DNA of 64,000 bases, taken from NCBI RefSeq assembly GCF_001194135.2, contig NC_068993.1:52974565-53038564 (forward strand), given 5' to 3'. This document shows, piece after piece, positions 39,598 through 51,500 of this stretch. Position numbers and translations under genes: made by a program. The notes beneath the pieces were generated by a model. That model was given only the letters and a program-made list of their open reading frames with translations, was not told where the DNA came from and ran no database searches. This DNA comes from Octopus bimaculoides. Taxonomy: Eukaryota. How positions within the stretch are numbered: the first letter of the stretch is position 1; each line of letters begins with the position of its first letter.

Positions 39598-42500
39598 GTC
39601 ATCATCTTGATCATCATTTAATGTCTGTTTTTCATGCTAGCATGGATTGGACAGTTTGACAGGAAATGGTAAGCTAGAAGACTGTGTAGCTTCACTGTCT
39701 GCTTTGGCATGGTTTTTATGGCTAGGTACCCTTCCTAACACTAACCACTTTACATAGTGACACCAGCACCCACAAGGTCTATTTTAGCATGATTTTTACT
39801 ACTGGGTGCTGCTCATGTTTTCAGATAGTCCATATAAAAATGTCACATTCCTTTTGGGGTTCAATATTCTTATGACGGAACCTGCAGCTATGACATCAGA
39901 TCCTCCACTACATTACCAAATTTTTTTTTTTTTTTCTTGCTCAGATTCTACAATATAGACTTCCTATTGCAAAGAGATCTGAATTAAAACTTTCCATCAA
40001 AATTTTATTTTAATTCATGTTCCAAACACCAGATTAATAATGATAAAGTTATTTTACTAAAGTTTTCATTATCTTCAAAATTAATTGAATCAGAGGGAAT
40101 GTTTTAATAGAAATTTGATTATGAACATGTTAAAAATCCTAATTTTTCTGGATGTTTGTTTTGCATTGTTATATCAATGTTCCTATAGATAGTAAGATTA
40201 GTGAGGTAATAGTATAAAATACTATTTTTCTCTTACAGGTAAACCAATAATTCAACTAGATACTATACCAGCAAAGGATTTTTTCATGGTTGATCGTAAA
40301 GTAACATTGATTTGTAATGTGTCATCAAACCTTGATGATGAAATGGTATGGATGTGGCAGGCATGTGATCCATTTCACTGTTCTTCAAACCCAGCAGCAT
40401 GGTCAGTAGTCAACAAAACTACAATAGAAAATGGACTAACTACACAGAGTGAGTAAAGACAATAGCTGAATTTCTATAATGCACATTTGTACACAGATAG
40501 AGGCATATCACTGTGGTCTCAACCACATGGCTTTAGGTGCAGTCTAACAGCACATCACCTTGGACAACTTACTTCTGTAATGACCATTTCTCTCACCCAG
40601 CTAAAGAGTGGGTGGGCTATCACAGAAGAGACTTGCCATGAACCACTTTACCCACCCATGTATAACATGGGGTTGCACTACTCCTTCTACTCAACCTGCC
40701 CCTCTGATTCTCTCACTAACCACAACCACCACCTCTGACGCTACTTCTCACTTGCTTCATATTATCCTCTTCTCTAACAGTGTCACTACATTTTCTCAAA
40801 AATAAACCTGTGCAACTAAAAATAAGCATATGCAACTCCAATGAGGACTGCCTTCGACCCTAACAAACCAAAAGTTAAGAGTACTGTAATTTTGCCATAA
40901 CAAACTGAGATAATTTGCTGTAACAACAATTTATCCAAATACTTTGATTCCTTTACATTTATTTGAAAAGGGAAATTATTCCCAAAATATTATAGGAATA
41001 ATAAATAGATAAATAAATAAAACAGCCCAAGTAAAATAATATATCTTTATTTTTGACATTGATTCATTGATATTACCTTACATATTTTTGATTAACTCCT
41101 CACCCACAACTTTGTTCAAATGTTTTTACAAACATTTATCTCAAACTAATATAAATAATTATTGTTTATTTTAGATAATCCAGAGATTGTTACATTCAAA
41201 AAATACACTGTGCTGAATGTAACAGCTTTAGTTGGAGGTCAATATAAATGTCAAGCAACCAATAGACAAGGAATAAGTGAAAAAATAGTAAATTTCTCCC
41301 TTAGTGGTAAGTGTCTATATATGTATTGTCTGTTTACTATCTCCTACTAAACCATAGATAAACAGCTATTCTGAAACTGGTAGCTCACAATGAAAAGCCT
41401 TGGCGATATGATTAAGGAGTTCACTTTCCAACAATATTGTTTCAATTTCAGCAGTACAAACAGCACTTGATCAAGTGTTTTCTATGATATCCCCAGGCTG
41501 ACCGATGCTTTGTGAGTGAATTTGAGAGATGGAGACTCCTTAGAAACCTGCTGCACACACCTGCATGTGTGGTGTGTGCATCTTTCTGTTTGTCTCTCAC
41601 TACCTGACAACTGATGTTGGTTTGTTCACATCCCCATAGTGTAGTGATTCAGCAAAATGAGACTAATAGAATAAGAGCCAGGTTTAAAAATCTCAAAATA
41701 ATTACTATGGTCTTCCTAACCACATGGTTTCAGATTCAGTTCCACTGTGTGCCATCTTGGGCTCCATGTTTTCAACTATAGCCCCAGGCCAACCGAAGCT
41801 TTGTAAGTGGATTTGGTAAATGGAAATAGAAAAAGCCTGTTGTATATGTGTGTGAATGTGTGCATACAAATATGTTTCTGACACCTTGTTTTGACATTGC
41901 ATCATATTTGTAAACAAGTGTTAGTGCTGCTCATTTCTAATATTCTACGGAATCATGTCTAGCCACAGGGAAATATTACCTTGTTTGAAAAAAAGGTGAG
42001 TGTTGGCAACAGGAAGGCATCCAGCTGTAGAAAAATCTACCTCTCTAAACTTAATCTGACCCATGGAGAAGTTGACGTTAAGAAGATGATGATGATGATG
42101 CTACAGCAGCAAAATCACTTTGGTTCAGTCAAATAAAACAATAGACAAGAAAAGTTAACCTTTTTTGAAATGTTATAATTGTTGAGACAGATTTGTATTA
42201 ATATTGTATTTCTGTTTCAGACATTGAAAATGGCTTTATGTTTACAACAAGTGTAAAGTCACCAGTTGAAGGCGATGAAATTTTCTTGACATGCAGTGCT
42301 AATTTGTGGAAATATTCTGACCTCACATTGATGTTTGAAAGATTATGGGATACTGATGTCTATTCTAAGTTCCCATCAGTCAATAGATCATATGGGCGAT
42401 ATAACATATCTCAGTAAGTTATTGTAATGTTGCTTATAGAAAAAAAAGGATTAAAGAAATTTTAAATAAATAAATTGTCCCCACTTATAAAACATTATTC

Positions 42501-45500
42501 TTTTTAAGACTAATCATTGCAAAACAGTTATTGTTTTTTACCCATTATTATTACTCTTGTTTTAAAACACATTTATTTAAACCTTTTGCCACTGGAGATA
42601 GTAAAAAACTTTTATTTTAAATTGTTCCATATTTAACCCTTTTGATACCAACTTGCTTAAGACCGCCTTTGATTTTAGGATACAAACTTCATGTTTTAAA
42701 GTGATCTAAACTAAAATTTATCTTCAAAATTTTATGTTAATTTTGGTCCAAACACTTTAACAGTGCATTTGTATTTGTACCACATACATAATTCAATCTA
42801 ATTTGATCTTTTTTATCCTTATTATTGCAGAAATGGAAACCTCCAAGCAGAATTAAAAGTGTAAGTAATTTTATCATTGATTTATTATTATGATTGTTTA
42901 TATTGTTTATCTAACAGTTTGCATGTGAAATTTTGTAGTAACCAGACTTCATGCTGTTTATAGCAATATAGTTAAGTTTGTGGAGCCGGTCATGTCTTTA
43001 TACCTTTTATGGAAATATATACGGAAAAACCTTTATACCTTTTATGGAAATTTATACGGAAAAACTAAGCATTATACCATCCAGTATAAATAAAAGGCAA
43101 TTTCATTATGCATATTTAAGCCATTATTTTTACTGTAAAAACTTATTCTGACATTAAATGAGTCAACTTTCAGTACGAATGTTTACGTTTTGTACGTCTT
43201 TTTCAAACAAAAAAATTTCAAAACAAATTCTGGAAACAATCTACTCATGTAATTTATGCACCCACTAAAGTTTATTTGTACTTTTGCGAAAAAAATGTAT
43301 AAATTACATGGGTTTTTACAGTAAATTATCAAAAAATTTGGAAGGATTTACTAAAATAACAGTGATTGTTAAGCTTGTGTTTGAAACATAACAATAGGTT
43401 CTTATATAACATTATGATGGGGGTGGTTAGCTTAAATATGGAACAATTTAAAATAAAAGGTTTTGGTTTCTAACTCCAGCGTATTGGTATCAAAAGGCTT
43501 ACATAAAAGTGTTTTAAAACAAAATACACAAGAGCATTTACGATATTAAACTTTGAATGTTTGATTGGTATTTTTTTCAGAACAAACTACTCTAATATCC
43601 TTACCAAGAAATTCAATTCAATTCGGTTGTCTGATTCTGGAATCTACCGATGTAGAGTGAACAATTCCATAAAATTTGATAAAATTATCTCTCTCGATGT
43701 TGAAAGTGAGTAAATTTTTTCTCCCCTCTTCTCTTCCAATCTTTTTGGCAACTTTGTTACATCCACTCTGTTTCTTACATTTCTCAATCTTCTCCACTCC
43801 TTCCTTTCTCTTCTATTAACCTCTGTTCTTTTAACCCTTTTCATATCAACCTGCCTGAGACTACCCTTTGTTCTATGATACAAACTTCATACTGAACTGT
43901 TAAATTACAGGGATGTGAACACCCCAAACTGGTTGTTAAGCAGTGGTGAGGAACAAACACACACACACTCAAATATATACAACTGGCTTCTTTTCAGTTT
44001 TCATTTAGTAAATCCACTCACAAGGTTTTAGTCAGCCCAAGACACTTGCCCAAGGTTCCATGCATTGGAACTGAACCCAGAACCATGTGATTCTGGATTG
44101 GGGAGCAATTTTCTTACCACACAGCCATACCTGTGCCTATTACTATTTCCCATTTATTCGTGTGAGCTGTGAGGATTGTGAGACAAAGTCCTCCAGAAGG
44201 TCTTATCGGAAGCAACCATTCCTAAATGCTCCAGCAAGGTCAAAGAAACCTATGAGAATTATTTGACCATCTTGCTCATAGTTTACCTCTAAATTGCCCT
44301 CCAGTTGATCTTGCCTGTAAACTCTGTATTGTGATTCTTTCCTCAGACATTCTAGCCATATTCCCATAGTACCAAAGTTTTCATTTTGTTTCAGAGATGA
44401 TACCTCCAATGCTTGGTCGTACCATTGAATCAACCCTTCATGCTAGCCTGAACATGTCCCTGCCACTCTCTTGTGAAGTAATTGGTGGCAAACCTTCTCC
44501 AACAATGCATTGGTTTTTCAACAACGACCAAATTTTTGAGAACAACACTTTGGGATTACATATAGAAGATGGAGGCAGAATGTAAGTATTTATCCTTTCG
44601 TTACATTTTATTTTGATATTAAGCACACTATCAAGGTGGTGAGCTGGCAGAATCATTAGAAAATCAAACAAAATGCTTAGCAGCATTTCATCAATCTCTA
44701 CGATCATCAGCACAGAATAATTGTTCAGTTAGAGGTGGCGCTGCCAAATTCCTGTTCGAAATATATAGTTTTCAAAGTGACAACTAGTCTTGAGGTAAAA
44801 TGAATTTCCTTGAACTAAAATATAATACCCTGTAATATATTTAATACCTGTCACCTTTTGGAGAATTTACCCATACCTCAGTTTCTGCAGCCATCTTCAC
44901 TTAATTTTCAATGTCTAAAAATGTAAAGTATTTTCTGTAAAAAATTTAGTCAACTACAAGTTGAACCTCACTAATTTGAGACCAGTCTGGTGTTAGAGTA
45001 GTGGATTTTTTTAACCAGTGGAGCTTAGGGGTAAAAATTGGCTAAGTAACACATATATTATACTGTATGGTGCAATGTACCTCCAACATTTTCTGCACAC
45101 AAGTCTTTTACTGATGTAGCACTATATTCTGATACCTTTTGTAGTAATTAATGTTACAGGTTTATGTTCTACAGTGTTACCTCTACTTTCAGTATTGGCT
45201 GCTCACTGAGGAGGTATATTTAAGGGTGAAATATTAGTAAAAATAGCTAATATCTGTACTTCTATTGCAACATCAACCCCTGTTAAGTCAACTGTGGTGG
45301 GTATAAACAATACGGGGTGCCACAGCTGGCCAAACTGCCATTATACAAACTAATGACCACCAAATTCAAATCATTGAAACCAATGGATTAGAAAATCCCA
45401 GATCAGCTTGGTTTAACCTGTATTGTATTCAAACTTTCTTAAAATTTTATGGGTGATCTTTTTCATTTATTAATTTAATTTAACCCATAATGGTTAAGGC

Positions 45501-48500
45501 CATACTGGAAACACTGATTATATATATTTTATTTCTTAGGCTTGTTATACAAAGAACAACCATTGACCATTCTGGAGTTTATACTTGCTTCATAAAAAAT
45601 CGTGCTGGTTCTGTGTATGCAAATGCAACTGTACTTGTTGGAGGTAAATATGTATTGCTTTATTTTGAAATGTGTTCCATTGTTTCACAGCTGTGTTCAC
45701 TTAAGGGTCAAAGCAGATGTCACAGATTAGCATCTGCTCTGACTTGGGCACTCTTGTTATCCCTCTTGTCAGTTAAAGGTTCAGGGCAGATGTCACTGAT
45801 TCCTTACTCAGAAATAAACTGAGAAGCTGTCTCTTTAAGGTCAGGTGGGTCTCATACATACATCTCTTTGATGGCATACTATTGCCTGACCATAGTTCCT
45901 TGTCTCAGGAAATACCTCACCAGAGAGAATGCATGCTCTTTCACTTCTTGTGGTTAGGAGATCCATTTGATGTCCTTGGTCTAGAGTACTAGTGAGGAAC
46001 ATTAATCGTATGAGACATGCTTTATAATATGGAAGTACCACTAGCCAAACCTGTCAGAGATACATGCAAGACAACCAAACCACCGTGCACATATTCATTC
46101 AGAGTCCATGCAATGAAAAATTGTTGGTAACAACTACTATCACATGTAGAGCAGAGATGGCTCTCAGTTGAATTTGTTGTGAAGATTGACCTGCTACCCT
46201 CTTTTGGCAAAGACGAGCAGCTAGTCTTTCTCTGCCTTGTGGTTATGGCAAGTGAAGTTGTGTGGTAGGTATGGTCAGAAGGTTTAAGGCTAAGGATTTT
46301 CTTCTCTGACCAAGCCGTCAACTTCTTCAAATCCCACTCAGAAAGGAGAGTGAAGGTGGAGAAAGCAGTGCTTACCAGATAAGTACTTTAGTCAACTATC
46401 CCCATCCCTAGCTGATCTTAAAAACATTTACTACTACTCCTACTAGTAACAGTATATTTCCAGATGTTATTATTGCTGTTGTTGATCTTAAAACCCTTCA
46501 TTTTTACAGAAAATTATAGTGCTGCTGGAATGAGTAAAATAGAAATTATTGTCATAGTTTGTGTATCATTGGCTGTTCTTATTATCAGTTTAGCTGTCAT
46601 CTGTTTCATCATCAAGAAGGTCAAGATCAAACATGTAAGTTACTGTCAATAAGGACACACACACATGCACTATATATATATATATATATACACACACATA
46701 TATATCATTGATTTTTATTTTTCTAAATTAATCTAACTAGTTAACCATTTTACTGCACAAAATGCAAACTAAATCTACTTTGACTTTAAGATTCCATTCA
46801 GTGAACATGTGAGAGCAGTTTCTCCCATTAAACTCAATCTATTTATTCACTTATCACCTCTGTCATATTACCGTTGTATTACAGTCTCCGGAGTACTGAG
46901 ATGCTACAATATAATGACTACAATTAAGAGCTCTCTATATAGTATCTTAAGAAGTGTCAGTATGTAGTATCAGAAGTTTATCCTATTCTGCTGACACTAC
47001 ATACAACATAGCTTTTAGGAGATAAATTCTCTGAGGAATGTATGATATAATGTAATGCCTGCAAGTGTAATGGAATATCTGCAGTAAATATGAGCCCTGA
47101 ACTAGTAGCACAACACTTCATCTACTAATTCTCATCTACACAGGTTATATATTAACCATGGGAATCTGAATATGGTTCTGTCCTTTGACCCTTTCATTAC
47201 CAAATTTCTGAGGAAATCTTTGTTACAATTAATTGTGAAAATAATGACATGACATATTTAGTAAAATAATTTTGTCATTATAAAGCTGGTGTTAGAACAT
47301 GTAGTTTTGATGGAAGATTTTAATTAAAAACCCTTCAAAACATGAAATCTATATCATATATCTAGGGTAGTCTCAGGCAGGTTGGTATCAAAAGGTTTAA
47401 ATTTCCCTTTTGACACCAACCAAGATATCTTGCCATCTTGAAAAGGAAAGGGACACATTGGATAATATAGTCTCAGACATGCAGTGGCTGAGACAAACAC
47501 TGGAATGTCTTTGATTACAAGTCTATTTAGAATTATTTTGGCATTAAACTACAATGGCAACGAGAACAAAGATAATATTGGAAGATATAAAAAATCCTAA
47601 ACTCTTTCTTTATGACAAAGATCTCCATGAGTTATATGTTCTTCACTTCCTTTTTTTATAGGACTTTGATGATCTTGAAAAACAACTTGTTGTGCCTAAA
47701 GGTGATTACAACCCAGATATTCCTATTGGAGAACAAACTGGATGCCTACCTTATGATTCACGGTGGGAATTTCCAAAGGAACGACTTCGATTAGGTAAGA
47801 ATTACATTTTTGTCATCTCTCTCTCTCTCTCTCAACCTTTTGGTTTCCAATTCAGTCCTTCTGCAGGCCACCTTTGGTAAGTGTTTTCTACCATAGTCCT
47901 GGCTGGTCTCTGCCTTGTGAACAAATTTGGTAGACAGAAACTGTATGTAAGCTACCATACATATATATAGGGGTAGGTGAATGTTCTTGTCTTCACATTG
48001 TGCACTAACTGTAAATGAATATCACCATCATACAAGCAGTGTCATTCTTTTGAAACCTTCCGTCAAAAAAAGTATCTGTCCACTGAGCTGTTTGTGTTGA
48101 GAGGACCAGGAGAAATATTGCTTTGCTTGAAAATAGGAGAAGGCTGATGTCAAGAACAGCATATAACTGTACAAAACCTGCCTCAACAAAAACATCATCT
48201 GATCCATGCAAGCATGTAAAAGTAGACATTGAAAGCAATGATTATGATAATAAGGTCTAAACCAGCTTAAGTAGAACTAAAGATAATGCTTCTTTGTTTC
48301 AGGAATGATACTTGGTCAAGGTGCATTTGGAAGGGTCATCAAAGCAGAGGCAATAGGGATTGAAGATGGAATTGATGTTACAACAGTAGCTGTTAAAATG
48401 GTTAAAGGTAAGAGAATTTACAAAGGGAATATTTTAAAGAAATTTTTCTTTTCACATAACTAGATTTGTCTGTTTCATATTTCTCTAATGATAATGAGAT

Positions 48501-51500
48501 CTTCCTTTAACTATTTTTTTTTTCATCTCAGTAATAATTCAGTCTATATAACAGTTATATATAAGCATGTGTGTTTATGTACGTGTATGATTTTCTGTGT
48601 ATGTGTGTGTCTTGATGTGAGCTTACCTGACTATGTTAACACAAAGCCCAGTTAAACGCGTAACAAGTGTGGGCATGTCTGTCTAATTAAAGTAGGTGTT
48701 AGAAGTCATCAAAGAAGTCACAAACACAGGATTGTTGTTAAGTACACATTATATGACATCCCTACTTGCAAGGAGCATGGAAAAGAATGTGTGTCAGGAT
48801 AAAAACTGAAATGTTCACCAAAATAATATTGTAGCATCAACTTCATGAGGTGCCCATCATTACCACATCTGTGCAAAGGAGTGTTGGTTTCTGGCAGGAG
48901 GGAATTGCTACATCTGTGCTTCTCGAGTTTGAAAAAAACAATCAAGTGATGGCATTACTCAAAATCAAGTTGTTGCCATATTTCTGTTGAGATACTCTGT
49001 GTTTCTTTCAACTAATTTTAAATATAACAAAGAATTTAGTAAAATAACTTAGTTATCATTAAGCTGATGTTAGGAACATAAATTGTGACTAAGGTTTAGT
49101 GGAAGATTTTAATTCAGAACTTTTGAAAACAAGACATTTGTACTCAGAGCCAGAGGCAGTTTCAGGTAGGTTGGTATCAAAAGGGTTGAGGTGCAGGTAT
49201 AACTGTGTGGTAAGAAGTCTGCTTCCTAACCACGTGGTGGTTCAGTTCCAGTGTATTCTATAGCCCCAGGTTGACCAGAGTGTTATGGAGAGGGAAACTG
49301 AAAGAAGCCTCTGTGTGTTATTGTCTCCTTCCTTTGACTTCATGTGATAGTTGTAAACGAGTGTCATTGTCATGCAAGCAGTGTCCTTTGTTTTACTCTT
49401 TGGTGGAAACGTCTAGCCATGAGGAAACATTATTTTGCCTGGAAACAGGTGAGGGTTGACAAAAGGAAGGGCACTTGATCATAAAAAATGCACCTCAGTA
49501 AAATTTCATCTGACTCATGCAAGCATGATAATGTGGACATTAAACCTATGGTGATGATTAACTTTACTCTTTTACAGATTGTACAGACCGTGAACAAATG
49601 GAAGCATTGTTGTCAGAATTAAAGATTCTTATTCATCTTGGTCCTCACTTAAATATTGTTAATTTACTTGGCGCTGTCACTAAGAACATTCGATATGGTG
49701 AGTGTTTGGTTTCTGGTCCTAATTTTACCAAAATATTCACAATGAGTTAAAGATGAAATAATGGGGTTTCTTATTAGGCTTACAAACTCTCTTTTAACCA
49801 GAATATTTCTGTATTTGTTTCTCCACTTACTACCTCTCTCTTCCTCCTTCCCAGCCCTTCTTCCTCTCTCTCTCCCCCACTCCCTTTGTTTTGCTATCTC
49901 CCACATTTCCCTCCCTTCTCCCTTCTCTCCTACCATCATTATATTTCTAATTCTCTCATTTCTTTTGATTATATACTTTCTTCTTTCACTTCCATCTTTG
50001 CCTTTTTTCTCCTTACTGCTTCTTCTTTTCTCTCTCTCCTCACTTTTCTTCTTTCCTACCTTATTACTGTATTGCAACTTTCATTATTATATTTCTCATC
50101 ATTATTCCTTTTGAATCTATTTTCTTTTCCTTCTGTTTCCTCTTTGTTGCTTCCTCACTCTCACTCTCTCTTTTCTCCCCCCCACCCCCACCCCTCTCAT
50201 TTTTTGTCTTTCAAATAATTTTGCTTCGATTTTTCTCTTTGCATTGCAACTTCAGGTGAACTGTATGTCATGGTTGAATATTGTCATTTTGGGAACCTAC
50301 GCAACTTCCTTTTGAAGCACAAAGATAGTTTTGTGGACACAATGGAGGACATTATGATGGACGAAAAAAAATTCCTGTTGGATGAAGCCTCGAAGCCACA
50401 CTACATCAATCATGCAGACACGGATAACAATGAACACCTGAATCGACCTCTGACTACAAAAACTATCATTTGTTATGCTTACCAAGTGGCAAGAGGGATG
50501 GAATATTTAGCTTCTAAAAAAGTGAGTCACTGTTCATCCTTCTGCTCATCATCATTGTTTTAATGTCTATTTTTCCATACTGGCATCGGTCCGACGAGAG
50601 TGTGTTGTTGCAGAGTTTTCTACAGTTGAATGCCCTTTCTTGTCACCAAATTCCATTCATTTCTAGGTGGGGTAATGATCTCCAAGTATGTCTGGGCATG
50701 TTTTATGCAGCGAAGTTGAACACTGGTGTCAATACAATTGGCACATGCTCTCCCCTGACACACACATATGCACATGCACACATATATGCATGCACACACA
50801 TGCATACATATGGGTGTGTGTGTCTGGGTCTCCTTGTCTTGACATTGTATGGTAATGAGCAGTGTCCTTCATTCCCAATCTTCCATTGAAACATGTCCAG
50901 CTATGAAGAAATATTATAATACTTGTAAACAGGGTGAATGTTGGCATCAGGAGGGGCATCCAGCTATAGAAAATCTGCTTTGAAGTCCATCTGGCCATGC
51001 AAGCATGGAAAAGTGGACATTAAATCTAACCCAGTATGTTTCCACCCCACATTTTGTGATATTTGATTTTTCCTAAATAATACTTAAGAGAACTACATAG
51101 GCTATTTTTCATAGATTTATCTGTCCATTTTTTTTTTGTGTGTATAAGTAGTTCCATATCACTATCATCATCATCGTCTTTTATGCCATTTTATTTTCTC
51201 TTTCATTTTCACATTAATAATTTCTGTTATGTCTGATAAAAGTATATCCACAGAGATCTAGCTGCTCGTAACATCCTGTTGGCTGCTAATGAGGTTGTCA
51301 AGATCTGTGATTTTGGCCTTGCCAAGAACTGCTACAAATCAGCTGAATACCACAAGAAAGGAGACGTAAGTTACATTCATATTGCTAAGCCTCATCGTTT
51401 ATCTTATTTGAGATAGTCACATATTAGTAACGGGATGACCTTACGTGGCAGTAGTGTCGCATGATAGTAACAGAAAAGCTTTATATGGAGGTAGTGTCAC

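Noticed and set aside
49664-50218. Overlapping long ORFs (K/E/R-rich and F/L/S-rich)
   Set aside because: Both come from the intronic CT-rich tract.
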